From Candidatus Nanosyncoccus sp. (GTDB taxonomy: Bacteria > Patescibacteriota > Saccharimonadia > Saccharimonadales > Saccharimonadaceae), in the NCBI GenBank assembly GCA_045593145.1, contig JAZNWC010000013.1, positions 1 to 59,567 on the forward strand: a stretch of DNA of 59,567 nucleotides, written 5' to 3'. Of this stretch, positions 48,771 to 59,415 are shown in pieces (the stretch's first letter is position 1; every line of letters starts with the position of its first letter). The position numbers and the translations under genes were made by a program. The notes below the pieces were generated by a model. The model was given only the letters and a program-made list of their open reading frames with translations. It was not told where the DNA came from and did no database searches.

Positions 48771-49799
48771 TTATTTACCTCCATACATCTTTTCATAATA
48801 ATTTTTATAATCACCAGAAATAATCTCTTCCCACCAATCTTTATGATCCAAATACCATTTAATAGTTTTTACGATACCATTTTCAAATTTTGTTTCTGGC
48901 TCCCAACCAAGTTGCGTTTTAATTTTTGTCGGATCAATTGCATAACGCCTATCGTGGCCTTTTCTATCTTCTACAAACTCAATCAAACTCTCTGGCTTGC
49001 CAAGTTCCTTCAAAATCAATTTTACAATCTCAATATTTGATTTCTCATTATGACCACCCACATTATACACTTCACCCACACAATCTGCATGAATAATCAT
49101 ATCAATTGCCTTACAGTGGTCTTCCACATATAGCCAATCACGCACATTAAGCCCATCACCGTATACCGGCAAAGGTTTATCATTCAAAGCATTAATTATC
49201 ATTAGTGGTATCAACTTTTCTGGAAAATGATACGGACCATAATTGTTAGAACAACGAGAAATTGTTACTGATAGTCCATAAGTTCTGTGATATGCCAAAA
49301 CCACTAAATCTGCCGAGGCTTTAGATGCGGAATATGGAGAAGATGCATGCAAATTAGTTTTTTCGGTAAAGAACAAATCCGGCCTATCTAATGGCAAATC
49401 ACCATATACTTCGTCCGTAGATACTTGATGAAATCTCTTCACGCCATATTTTTTACACGCATCCATCAAAACTTCTGGACCCATAATATTAGTTTCCAAG
49501 AACAGTTTCGGATCACGAATCGAACGGTCCACATGTGATTCAGCCGCAAAATTCACTACAATATCTGGGTGCTCTTCCTCAAATAATTTTTCTACCGCTT
49601 CTACGTCGCGAATATCTGCCTTCACAAAACGGAAATTTGAATTCTCCATTGCCTTCTTTAATGTAGAAAGATTGCCCGCATAAGTCAAAGCATCCAAACA
49701 CACAATTCTGTAATTTGGATATTTCTTTAGCATATAATACACAAAATTCGAACCAATAAACCCTGCGCCACCAGTTACAACTATAGTTTTCTTATCCAT
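48771..49799 (-). CDS. rmlB: dTDP-glucose 4,6-dehydratase
   Basis: TGGAGFIGSN, AAESHVDRSI, STDEVYG, YSASK. Confidence 0.97.
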   Translation of the reverse strand: MDKKTIVVTGGAGFIGSNFVYYMLKKYPNYRIVCLDALTYAGNLSTLKKAMENSNFRFVKADIRDVEAVEKLFEEEHPDIVVNFAAESHVDRSIRDPKLFLETNIMGPEVLMDACKKYGVKRFHQVSTDEVYGDLPLDRPDLFFTEKTNLHASSPYSASKASADLVVLAYHRTYGLSVTISRCSNNYGPYHFPEKLIPLMIINALNDKPLPVYGDGLNVRDWLYVEDHCKAIDMIIHADCVGEVYNVGGHNEKSNIEIVKLILKELGKPESLIEFVEDRKGHDRRYAIDPTKIKTQLGWEPETKFENGIVKTIKWYLDHKDWWEEIISGDYKNYYEKMYGGK

Positions 49800-50356
49800 T
49801 AAACCTCCTTAAATTTAAAATCTAGTTCATCAAGCGTTGGATGTTTCAAATCTTTTTCAGACAAAGTTAGCTCTACATCTACTTCCGGCCATTCAATCCC
49901 GGCCGAATCATACATAATCCCACCTTCATCTTCTGGATGATAAAATTCGTCACACTTGTAGGCAAATTCTGCCTTGTCTGATATCACCAAAAACCCATGC
50001 GCAAACCCACGCGGTATCATCAGTTGTTTCTTATTTTCAGCCGAAAGCAAAGCCCCAACCCACTTTCCAAAAGTAGGTGAACCTTCACGAAGGTCCACTG
50101 CCACATCAAATACCTCACCAGAAATTACACGCACTAATTTTGCTTGTGGATGAGTCTTTTGAAAATGAAGTCCTCTTAGAACTCCTTTTCTAGAGCTAGA
50201 CTGATTATCTTGCACAAAATCATAATTAAGCCCCGCCTCAAGAAAATCCGTTTTGCTATAAGTTTCCATAAAATAGCCGCGCTCATCACCAAAGACTGTT
50301 GGCTCTATAATATATACACCCTCAATGTCGGTTTTATTAAAAACAAACTTCCCCAT
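49799..50356 (-). CDS. rmlC: dTDP-4-dehydrorhamnose 3,5-epimerase
   Basis: DERGYFME, VLRGLHFQ, DVAVDLR, GFAHGF. Confidence 0.97.
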   Translation of the reverse strand: MGKFVFNKTDIEGVYIIEPTVFGDERGYFMETYSKTDFLEAGLNYDFVQDNQSSSRKGVLRGLHFQKTHPQAKLVRVISGEVFDVAVDLREGSPTFGKWVGALLSAENKKQLMIPRGFAHGFLVISDKAEFAYKCDEFYHPEDEGGIMYDSAGIEWPEVDVELTLSEKDLKHPTLDELDFKFKEV

Positions 50357-51240
50357 TATTCTTTGATTCTCCCTTCTGCCACCGCCATCAAATGTTGTCC
50401 ATAAGCCGTCTTTTTATATTTTTCTGCAGAAGCCATCAATTCTTCACGAGAAATCCAACCGTTACGATATGCAATTTCTTCCGGCGAAGCAATCTGAACA
50501 CCTTGACGCTTTTCAATCGCCCGTACAAAATCTGACGCATCAGACAAAGAATCAATTGTCCCGGTATCAAGCCACGCAAAGCCACGATCGAGCAACTGTA
50601 CGTCTAGAGTTCCTTCATTTAAATACATTTCATTTAATGTAGTAATTTCCAGCTCGCCTCTTGCCGAAGGCTGAATCGTCCTGGCTTTTCCCGATACACC
50701 AGCCGGATAAAAGTAAAGTCCTGTTACCGCATAATTACTCTTTGGATTTTCTGGTTTTTCTTCAATAGATACAGCGCGCCACTCGTCATCAAACTCTACC
50801 ACGCCAAACCTCTCCGGATCATTTACATAATAGCCAAATACTGTCGCTCTTCCTTCCGCAGCGTCCAAAGCAGCATTTTTCAAAATACCAGTAAAACCAG
50901 AACCATAAAAGATATTATCACCAAGCACCATTGCACACGGCTCGCTCCCGATAAATTCTTCCCCCAGAATAAACGCCTGCGCCAAACCATCTGGAGAAGG
51001 TTGTACCTTGTAAGAAAGATTTAACCCCATTGCTTTACCATCACCGAGAAGCCTCTCAAAATTCGGCAAATCATTTGGCGTAGAGATAATCAAAATGTCG
51101 CGAATTCCCGCTAGCATCAAAGTAGAAAGTGGATAATAAATCATTGGTTTATCATAAACCGGCAACATTTGTTTCGAAGTACCAAGTGTTAATGGATAGA
51201 GCCGTGTCCCCGACCCACCGGCCAAAATAATTCCTTTCAT
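50356..51240 (-). CDS. rmlA: Glucose-1-phosphate thymidylyltransferase
   Basis: [39 protein letters not shown]. Confidence 0.97.
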   Translation of the reverse strand: MKGIILAGGSGTRLYPLTLGTSKQMLPVYDKPMIYYPLSTLMLAGIRDILIISTPNDLPNFERLLGDGKAMGLNLSYKVQPSPDGLAQAFILGEEFIGSEPCAMVLGDNIFYGSGFTGILKNAALDAAEGRATVFGYYVNDPERFGVVEFDDEWRAVSIEEKPENPKSNYAVTGLYFYPAGVSGKARTIQPSARGELEITTLNEMYLNEGTLDVQLLDRGFAWLDTGTIDSLSDASDFVRAIEKRQGVQIASPEEIAYRNGWISREELMASAEKYKKTAYGQHLMAVAEGRIKE

Positions 51241-51270
51241 AAAACTCCTTTTTTCTATTTTACCATATTT

Positions 51271-52248
51271 TTATATCTTTGCATAAACAGATAAGAGTGT
51301 TTTTGCTAGCCCAATCTTTTGCGCATCGAAAAACGCCTTATAAACAATTCTAGTCTTTTTTACTTCACCTTTCAACCTGCCAATTTTTAGCAGCTTATTT
51401 TTGCGATAGTCCGGAAACCTAGCCAAGAGCCAAGAAAACAACTCGTCATACTTTTTACCAATCTCTTCCTTACTATGTTTCTTACACGAGAACAACAAAA
51501 ACCACACAATATATCTATAATAAAATAGCTCCAAATATTCCTTATTTTTGCTAAGTAGCCCACGTTTTTTTAGCTCATCATAAGAAGAATTTAAAAATCT
51601 CATCACATCAATTTTATGAAAATCTTTCTGCCCAGTATTCGAAACACTTTTTTCATTAAAATACCAATTATACCCCACATAATCCAAAATTTTCACCTTG
51701 CTGGCCGTAAGCAGCGCAATCAAATTAAAATATACATCTTCTCCTATATTATTATCCAAAAATTCTATTTTATTTTTCAGCAAAAACTCTCTATCATAAA
51801 TCTTCGCCCACGGCGCCGGCACCACAAACTTACTCCACTTCTCATTTTCTAACTTTGTTTCAACAACAATCTTGCCCTTACTATTTGGTCGCCTATATCC
51901 ACTAAAAGTTATATCTTCTCCATTTCTTGGTAACAGTTTTTCTAAATAGTCTTCATCCACAAAATCATCACAATCCACAAAAGCCACATATTTCCCATGC
52001 GCCATCTTCATTGCTTTATTTCTTGTTTTTGCCACACCTTCATTCTTTTGTGAGACATATTTTATTTTGTCACTACATTCTTTTTCATATTCTCTCAATA
52101 TTTCATCCGTACCATCCGTCGACCCATCGTTTATCACCAAAATCTCAAAATCCTGATAACTTTGCGCCAAAATACTATCTAGACACTTACCAATATACTT
52201 CTCACAATTATAAGCCGGAATAATTACTGTTATCTTTGGTACGCTCAT
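51271..52248 (-). CDS. Glycosyltransferase family 2
   Basis: VIIPAYN, NDGSTD, FVDCDD, IGED; start may be 52248 or 52263. Confidence 0.9.
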   Translation of the reverse strand: MSVPKITVIIPAYNCEKYIGKCLDSILAQSYQDFEILVINDGSTDGTDEILREYEKECSDKIKYVSQKNEGVAKTRNKAMKMAHGKYVAFVDCDDFVDEDYLEKLLPRNGEDITFSGYRRPNSKGKIVVETKLENEKWSKFVVPAPWAKIYDREFLLKNKIEFLDNNIGEDVYFNLIALLTASKVKILDYVGYNWYFNEKSVSNTGQKDFHKIDVMRFLNSSYDELKKRGLLSKNKEYLELFYYRYIVWFLLFSCKKHSKEEIGKKYDELFSWLLARFPDYRKNKLLKIGRLKGEVKKTRIVYKAFFDAQKIGLAKTLLSVYAKI

Positions 52249-52249
52249 T

Positions 52250-53113
52250 TTACATAATTCCATATTTTATTACGATACGATTTAGTTCATCATTCATATA
52301 CATCACCGTTTTTTCACTCAAATCATATTTATCCTGCAGCATTCTATGAATAACTTTAATCTCGTCAAAATGCGTCCGATCCTTATGCGAATTTCGCGTC
52401 ACGCTTCCCTTATGTATCCTAAAAATATTCAATGGTTTTCTAAAATACGCTATTTTTCCTTTTGCTAGCAATTCCAAATAAATATACCAATCCCCCACTT
52501 GCGAAAAACTAGCCGCCTTTTCCATAATTTTTATCAGTTTATCGGATTTCTTAAATACCACTGCGGACACATTTGGTATGCTACACCTAATCGCCAAAAT
52601 TTCTTTTATCTCGTCTTCACCATTTTTTATGTAATTTTTCCTGTAATGCCCCGTCCGTTCTTTATCTCGCGAAAATCTCATGTTTGGTGCCAACATTAGC
52701 CCACGTCCATTTATCGCTTTTGACTCCGTATAAGAAATCACTACATCCTTATCATCAAACCCACGCATTACATTCTTTAAAAAATTCTTTTTAGACAAAT
52801 CATCTGTTTCTGCAATCCAAACATAATCCCCCTTTGCCATCTTTATACCTTTTATCCATTGTTTAATTGCCTTACCAGAATTCTTTTTATTTTTCTCATA
52901 CCGGATTTTTAATTTCGGATATTTTTCTTTTATTTTGCTAATCTCTTTCTCTATCACCAAATCTGCGCCATCCGTCGAGGCATCATCCAGAATAATCAGC
53001 TCGTAAATCGGATAACTCTGCTTTACTATACTAGCCAAGCGTTTTTTGATATATTTTTTGTAATTATAATTCGGCACAATCACCGATACTTTTTTATTTT
53101 GCAAAGTAGTCAT
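52250..53113 (-). CDS. Glycosyltransferase family 2
   Basis: VIVPNYN, LDDASTD, WIAETDD; GAGGAGG SD before ATG 53113. Confidence 0.88.
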   Translation of the reverse strand: MTTLQNKKVSVIVPNYNYKKYIKKRLASIVKQSYPIYELIILDDASTDGADLVIEKEISKIKEKYPKLKIRYEKNKKNSGKAIKQWIKGIKMAKGDYVWIAETDDLSKKNFLKNVMRGFDDKDVVISYTESKAINGRGLMLAPNMRFSRDKERTGHYRKNYIKNGEDEIKEILAIRCSIPNVSAVVFKKSDKLIKIMEKAASFSQVGDWYIYLELLAKGKIAYFRKPLNIFRIHKGSVTRNSHKDRTHFDEIKVIHRMLQDKYDLSEKTVMYMNDELNRIVIKYGIM

Positions 53114-54149
53114 ACGCCTCCTCAATTTGTTCTAAAAATTCTTTCCCAGCATAATGCTCCAAAGCGTACCTCCGTGCCGCTTTAGCAATTTTTTTATTCT
53201 CGTTCGGATTTTCATATAAATATTCCAGTTTATCATACCATTCGCCACTACTGGCCAAAAATCCATTCTCGCCATCAGAAATTGCCTTTTTGAATGCATA
53301 TGTTGGCGAGGCAATCGTTGTTGTTTCTACCACCGCCGCTTCAAAAAACTTTAGTTCAGATTTACAATTCGTAAAATCATTCACGAGTAGTGGTGCAATA
53401 TTTACATCTACCTCAGCCATCATTTTTAACATCTCAAGATATGGTACTGGTTCGTGTACTTTTATCCTGCCTTTTTTGATATACTCTTCCGCCCGCTTTG
53501 AAAATTTCATATACCCCACCACGTCCAGTCTAACTTCTTTATGTATGTCCAAAAACTTAAGTAGTTCCGGCTCCACCATCCGAAAATCTTTTATATGTGT
53601 CGGCGACCCACTAAAATACCCAATCCTAAAATCATGTGGTTTTTTATCCAAATATTTTTTAGACTCTTCAATTTGTTCGTTATTGAGTGAATTGAAAATC
53701 ACTTTGTATGACTTATTGAAAGTTCGTTTAAGTTTCTTGCCCAAAAAATCATTCGTCACAATAAACCCATCGACCTTTTTCGCGATTCTTCTCACTCCCC
53801 AAAAATACCCTAACCAATAGCACACATTCCTGCCCCTCGTTGAATACATCAAGAGTGGCAAATCTTTATAATCAAACACGAGATCATCAATATCAAGTAC
53901 AACCTTTATTTTTTCTGCCTGAGCCTTTTTAATAAAATCTAGCGCAACATTATCTTTTGCCGTTTGTCTTTCAATCACTACTAGACTCGCCCCAAGAAGC
54001 CACCACTCGGCCTTATCGATTTCGTCTTTCAAAAAAATCTTCACTTGATAATCATTGCTTTTTTCTATCGCTTGCGCCACATTTTGGCACCTATATCTAT
54101 ATTGCGCATTCTCAGTAGTCTCTGCTATATATATTATGAGTTTTTTCAT
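53094..54149 (-). CDS. Glycosyltransferase family 4 (GT-B)
   Basis: YRYR, DIDDLVF, IGYFSGSPTH, KSELKFFEA. Confidence 0.85.
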   Translation of the reverse strand: MKKLIIYIAETTENAQYRYRCQNVAQAIEKSNDYQVKIFLKDEIDKAEWWLLGASLVVIERQTAKDNVALDFIKKAQAEKIKVVLDIDDLVFDYKDLPLLMYSTRGRNVCYWLGYFWGVRRIAKKVDGFIVTNDFLGKKLKRTFNKSYKVIFNSLNNEQIEESKKYLDKKPHDFRIGYFSGSPTHIKDFRMVEPELLKFLDIHKEVRLDVVGYMKFSKRAEEYIKKGRIKVHEPVPYLEMLKMMAEVDVNIAPLLVNDFTNCKSELKFFEAAVVETTTIASPTYAFKKAISDGENGFLASSGEWYDKLEYLYENPNENKKIAKAARRYALEHYAGKEFLEQIEEAYDYFAK

Positions 54150-55978
54150 TCTGGCTTCCTATCTAGCACAAACCACATCCTTCTAGAATAGTTTGAGTTA
54201 TAAAATTTATCGTTTTTTATCATTTCTGGCCATTTTTTGTACATATAATCTTGTTCTTTATCAAAACGTGCTTTCTTTTCTGGCGACGTATCACTCCCGC
54301 GTGATTTTGATTCAAAATGGTATAACTCTGCCATCGGCACTTCTACATTATAATAGCCTGCCGTTAGAAGCTTCATACAAAAATCTATATCATTATATGC
54401 TACCTGCAAATCTTCTTCTAGCCCGCCTACTTGTTCATATTTCTTTTTCTCTACTACAAGACAAGCTCCAGTCACCGCCGCATAATCATATGGCACCCGG
54501 AGTCTTCCATAAACCCCTGGCGCATCGCGTTCTTCGCCGATATAAGCATGCGATGCCACACCGCCAAGACCCATTATCACACCAGCATGTTGTACGGTAT
54601 TGTCCGGATATAACAATTTCGGCCCCACCGCACCAATGTGTGGCTGCACCGCATAACCCACCAAAATCCCCAGCCATTCTGGCGTTATAATCTCCGTATC
54701 ATTATTAAGCAGCACCAGCACGTCACCTTTAGCTTTTTTTGCCGCCATATTATTTAGTCGCGAATAGTTAAAATTAATATTTGCATCTAACACGCTAAAA
54801 TTATTATGTGCTTTTTTGTATTTTTCAAACAGTTCAAAAGTCTCTGGCTTTTCACTATTATTATTTACCACAATAACCTCAAAATTCTTATATGTCGTCT
54901 TTTCATAAATGGACTTTAGGCATACTTCCAAAGTCTCCGCAAAATCACGCGTTGGAATTAATATCGAGACCAACGGTTCTTTTGCAAAATCATATACTAC
55001 TTTATAACACGTAGACTTATCGTCTTTTTCTACTTTAGCTTTTTCCCCACGCCTCTTAAGAGCATCCTCGATAACCTTTTTCCCAATATCTCGCGCATAA
55101 TCCTTATTATCCACATTCATCGCAGTTGATTTTTTACTCATTCGCCAATGATACAATATCTTCGGAATGTGATATATTCTATTAGTTTTTTCTACTGCCC
55201 TCAAGACCAAATCATAATCCTGCGCGCCCTCTAACCCAACCGTAAAACCACCAAGCTCACGGACAAAGCTGGTTCTCATCACTGTCAAATGACAAATATA
55301 ATTCATACTAAGCAATGTGTCTGGCGAATAATCTGGTTTAAAATGTGGGTCACATCTTCTACCTTCCAAATTTAGTTTGTCTTCATCAGAATAAATAATA
55401 TCCAGATTCTTATTTTGGTTCAACGCTTTCACCACCTCATAAAAAGCATTTTTCGCAAGTATATCGTCATTATCAATTAATGCCACATACCCACCCTCGG
55501 CCATCTCAAGTGCATCATTCGTAGCACGAGAAATATGCCCGTTCTCTTTTCTAAACTTCACTTTTATTTTTGGATTACTCGCATATTCTTCCAAAACTTT
55601 TCTTACATTCCCTTTTGTGGAAGCATCATCTACAATACAAATCTCAAAATTTTGATAAGTCTGGTTAAGAATAGAATCAAGACACTCTTTTAAATAATTA
55701 GTTTTAACATTATAAACTGGTAAAAGTACTGATATTAAAGGCTGATATTTTAATTCCTCATTACCATCTTTTTCTTCATTTTGTTTAAGCCAATAATTAT
55801 ATTCCTCTATTCTTAAAGGATCCACAAAAGAACCTTTCCCTATTCTACCAGTCACCAATTTATAAAAAGTTTTCGCATATTTAGCCCACATCTTTGGTGG
55901 TATCAAAAAATGGTGCTTTACCCAAAGCGATTTTACACCTCCAGCCAAACCTTTACCAATATTAATAACTCTGCTCAT
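54146..55978 (-). CDS. Dual-domain GT2 glycosyltransferase (rhamnosyltransferase-like)
   Basis: Two GT2 domains: LPVYN...YSDEDK...QDYDL and LIPTRD...LLNND...AVTGAC...NDID. Confidence 0.9.
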   Translation of the reverse strand: MSRVINIGKGLAGGVKSLWVKHHFLIPPKMWAKYAKTFYKLVTGRIGKGSFVDPLRIEEYNYWLKQNEEKDGNEELKYQPLISVLLPVYNVKTNYLKECLDSILNQTYQNFEICIVDDASTKGNVRKVLEEYASNPKIKVKFRKENGHISRATNDALEMAEGGYVALIDNDDILAKNAFYEVVKALNQNKNLDIIYSDEDKLNLEGRRCDPHFKPDYSPDTLLSMNYICHLTVMRTSFVRELGGFTVGLEGAQDYDLVLRAVEKTNRIYHIPKILYHWRMSKKSTAMNVDNKDYARDIGKKVIEDALKRRGEKAKVEKDDKSTCYKVVYDFAKEPLVSILIPTRDFAETLEVCLKSIYEKTTYKNFEVIVVNNNSEKPETFELFEKYKKAHNNFSVLDANINFNYSRLNNMAAKKAKGDVLVLLNNDTEIITPEWLGILVGYAVQPHIGAVGPKLLYPDNTVQHAGVIMGLGGVASHAYIGEERDAPGVYGRLRVPYDYAAVTGACLVVEKKKYEQVGGLEEDLQVAYNDIDFCMKLLTAGYYNVEVPMAELYHFESKSRGSDTSPEKKARFDKEQDYMYKKWPEMIKNDKFYNSNYSRRMWFVLDRKPE

Positions 55979-56062
55979 GCTACACTTTTTATTATATCAA
56001 ACATCACCTTATTTAGAACATAATCAATTGACTAATAAGATGAAAATCTATATAATTATCAC

Positions 56063-58177
56063 ATGATAAATGACCCTAATTCTTACAAAGCAAATTCCGA
56101 TGTTTTAAAATCCACCATCTCCCAATTAGAAAAAGACAACAATATCTTAAGTAATGAACTGCACAATGTTTTAAATAGCCGCGGTGTCAAAATAATCAGT
56201 AAAGCCAGAAGAATCCTTCCCTCAAAGTCCAAAGTCAAAACAGCAAAAACCCAAGAAAAAGAAGTCGTCCCCACTCAAGATATTCACACCACCTATAATA
56301 GCCACTACGAAGACAATATAAACTACTTAAAATTAGGCTACCAACCAGAAGTAAAAGCTCTTGCCTTTTATTTACCTCAATTTCATACTTTCAAAGAAAA
56401 CGACCAGTGGTGGGGCAAAGGTTTTACCGAGTGGACCAACACCAAAAAGTCCGTTCCTCGTTATGATGGGCATTACCAACCAAGAGAACCGCATGACGAT
56501 ATCGGATATTACACCTTAGACAACGCCGAAACCATTCGCAAGCAAGTTGCCCTAGCCAAACAGCACGGCATCTACGGCTTTTGCTTTTATTATTATTGGT
56601 TCTCTGGCAAACGCCTCATGGAAAAACCGGTTGATATTCTACTTAAAAACAAAGATATTGATTTTCCTTTTTGTCTATGTTGGGCCAACGAAAACTGGAC
56701 CAGAACATGGGACGGTCTTAACAAAAACATCCTCATCGAGCAAAAATATCAAAACGATGACCCAGAAAACTTCATTCTGGACCTCAAAAAGTATATTAAA
56801 GACCCTAGATATATAAAAGTAGATGGAAAACCAGTTATCCTAATCTATGCCCCAGATTCAATTCCAGATTACGAAACCACGGTTTATCGGTGGCGCGAAA
56901 CCGCCAGGAATTGCGGTATCGGAGAAATCTTAATCTGGTCCAAAAACAACATTTTCGACCACGAATTCAAAAACTCCAGCTTCGTAGACGCAGAATTCGA
57001 CTTCGCACCTACCGGTTGTTCGTTCAGCGATGCCATCATAGAACAAAGCTCAGAACGAGAAGTATTCAATTACGAAAAAGCAGTCGATAATTGTTACAAA
57101 AATAAACTGTACTATAGCCATTATCCAGTCAAACCTTTTTACTACTCCTGCACTATGGGTTGGGACAATTCCGCCAGGCGCCAAAAAGGCTACTACGTAC
57201 TCAGTGAATACTCACCACAAAAGTTCTACGAATGGCTAAGACTAATCATAGAAGAGACCAAAAGACGATTTAGTCCAGATCAAAGATTTATTTTCATCAA
57301 TGCCTGGAACGAATGGGCAGAAGGCGTCTATCTAGAACCAGATAAAAAATATGGCTACACCAACATTAATACCGCTGCAAAAGCTATCTATGGCCTTCCT
57401 TACAACGAAGAAGATGTGTTCATCATCGATAAACACACCCCTAAATGTAAGAATCCTGGCAAAATTGCGGTCCAAGCACATGTATATTATGTCAGCGTGT
57501 TAGACGATTTGTTAAAAAACTTGGCTCAAATACCATACAATTTTGATCTCTTTATTTCAACCGATACTATAAACAAAAAAATTCTCATCGAAGAGACCCT
57601 ACCAAGATTCAAATTAAAAACCAACAAAGTTGCCGTCGAAGTGATTGATAACATCGGCCGCGACGTTTACCCATTTTTGGAACAACTATCCAAAAAATAC
57701 AAAAAATATGACATCATTGGCCATTTCCATGGCAAAAAGACCACTAAAGAATTCTTCGGCGACGACTGGAGACAATCCATCTACCATGACTTACTGGGTT
57801 CTAGTTCAAATATTTCCAAACTCTTCTCTCTGTTCGATAATCAAAACGCCGGTTTAATCGCCCCGCAATACTTCTACCTTCATCGCGACAGCATAAATAT
57901 AGGAAGTAATCTCGAAAATATTAATTTGCTACTAGACAAAATGGGGCTCGATACAGTTTCCAAAGACAAGCGTATCACTTTTCCAGCCGGAACTATGTTC
58001 TGGGCAAAAACAAAATGCATCGATGATATTTTCAAAATCGGACTAAAAAAAGAGGATTTTCCGGCAGAAGACGGCCAAGTTGACGGGACGATTGCCCATG
58101 CCATCGAACGCCTCCTAGGCATATTGCCAAAAGAAAAAGGTTATAAAACAATTATCGTTTCAAATAAAACAGATTGA
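56063..58177 (+). CDS. WbsX/GH99-like domain fused to an RgpF rhamnan-synthesis domain
   Basis: AFYLPQFH...WWGKGFTEWTN, NAWNEWAEG; C-terminal HVYY, N.GRDV.PF, H.KK, FPAGTMFW, DGTIAHAIER. Confidence 0.85.
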   Translation: MINDPNSYKANSDVLKSTISQLEKDNNILSNELHNVLNSRGVKIISKARRILPSKSKVKTAKTQEKEVVPTQDIHTTYNSHYEDNINYLKLGYQPEVKALAFYLPQFHTFKENDQWWGKGFTEWTNTKKSVPRYDGHYQPREPHDDIGYYTLDNAETIRKQVALAKQHGIYGFCFYYYWFSGKRLMEKPVDILLKNKDIDFPFCLCWANENWTRTWDGLNKNILIEQKYQNDDPENFILDLKKYIKDPRYIKVDGKPVILIYAPDSIPDYETTVYRWRETARNCGIGEILIWSKNNIFDHEFKNSSFVDAEFDFAPTGCSFSDAIIEQSSEREVFNYEKAVDNCYKNKLYYSHYPVKPFYYSCTMGWDNSARRQKGYYVLSEYSPQKFYEWLRLIIEETKRRFSPDQRFIFINAWNEWAEGVYLEPDKKYGYTNINTAAKAIYGLPYNEEDVFIIDKHTPKCKNPGKIAVQAHVYYVSVLDDLLKNLAQIPYNFDLFISTDTINKKILIEETLPRFKLKTNKVAVEVIDNIGRDVYPFLEQLSKKYKKYDIIGHFHGKKTTKEFFGDDWRQSIYHDLLGSSSNISKLFSLFDNQNAGLIAPQYFYLHRDSINIGSNLENINLLLDKMGLDTVSKDKRITFPAGTMFWAKTKCIDDIFKIGLKKEDFPAEDGQVDGTIAHAIERLLGILPKEKGYKTIIVSNKTD

Positions 58178-58221
58178 ATGTATCGTTGCAAAAACTACAC
58201 ATATCTTTTATAATATAACAA

Positions 58222-59412
58222 ATGGCCAAAAAACTTTGTGTATATACATGCATCACCGGCGATTACGATAATCTGCATGAAATAGAGCATCCAGAAAAAA
58301 ATGTCGATTATCTCTGTTTTACTAACAACAAAAAACTAAAATCAAACACCTGGAAAATAGTCCCCATAGCTAATGGAGGGCTAGATAATCATTATCTGTC
58401 TCGCAAGATAAAAATGCTTGGCCATCCCGTTATATCAAAAAATTATGATGCCAGTGTTTGGATAGATGCATCCGTAATTCCGCTGCTAAGTCTTAAAAAA
58501 TTTGTCGAAACCTATCTAAAAGATGCTCCCTTCGCCGCATTTTTACATCACGAAAGAAACACTATTAGAGATGAAGCCTCAGCTTGTCTTCTCTACCATA
58601 AAGATACCAAAGAAAAAATCCTCGAAACGTTGCATTTTCTTGAAACCGAAAATTTCCCAGACAACTTAGGGTTATTCGAAATGACTGTTTTTTTCAAAAA
58701 ACACAACGACCCTAAAGTTGTTGAAACCATGAAGCTATGGTTTGATACCATCCAAAAATACAGCAAACGCGACCAGCTCAGCTTTATGTATTCAATCTGG
58801 AAAACCGGTCTAATAGTCTCGCCGATCGACTTAAACGTTTGGGACAACAAATGGTTTAGTACCTTCACCCACGCATCCTCATCGCCCATCGAAAAGTGCT
58901 ATATGTATTATGGTGATTCATCGGCAAATTTTAATTGCAACAATCACTTTACTTATAAATATTTAAAAAACAATAATAAATATACAATCAACACCATAAT
59001 CCCCGTCGACACCAACATCATCGAAGTGTACCCAACAGACGCACCATACGTATGTTTTGATAATATATCTATCAAGCCAACTCCTTCAGAAATAATATTA
59101 CCACCATCAATCCCATATAAAAATAACAAAGTCTTCCAATCCGAATACTATAATGCCATCAAATTTTTCGGCAATTTTAAAAAAGGGCAAAACTTAGACT
59201 TTTCAATTTCGCTAACGCAGCTAAACTGCGCCGAGTTGTATCGAATATTGCAGCAGTTGCAAAATACCAACCAAAAACAAGAAGAAATAATCGCCAAATT
59301 ATCAGCTGATAATACCGCTCTAAAAAACACCGTTAACGATATATTAAATAGCAAAACCTGGAAAACAATTTCCAAGATAAAAAATGCTTTTAAATTTAAA
59401 AAGTTAAATTAA
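58222..59412 (+). CDS. DUF616-like glycosyltransferase with C-terminal coiled coil
   Basis: VYTCITGDYD, SRKIKM..H, WID, RDQLSF. Confidence 0.82.
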   Translation: MAKKLCVYTCITGDYDNLHEIEHPEKNVDYLCFTNNKKLKSNTWKIVPIANGGLDNHYLSRKIKMLGHPVISKNYDASVWIDASVIPLLSLKKFVETYLKDAPFAAFLHHERNTIRDEASACLLYHKDTKEKILETLHFLETENFPDNLGLFEMTVFFKKHNDPKVVETMKLWFDTIQKYSKRDQLSFMYSIWKTGLIVSPIDLNVWDNKWFSTFTHASSSPIEKCYMYYGDSSANFNCNNHFTYKYLKNNNKYTINTIIPVDTNIIEVYPTDAPYVCFDNISIKPTPSEIILPPSIPYKNNKVFQSEYYNAIKFFGNFKKGQNLDFSISLTQLNCAELYRILQQLQNTNQKQEEIIAKLSADNTALKNTVNDILNSKTWKTISKIKNAFKFKKLN

Positions 59413-59415
59413 ATC

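Noticed and set aside
16051..59375. Numerous antisense and out-of-frame ORFs in the track overlapping rny, groEL, virB4, uvrA, rml and GT genes
   Set aside because: Shadow ORFs of well-supported genes; no motifs or independent expression signals
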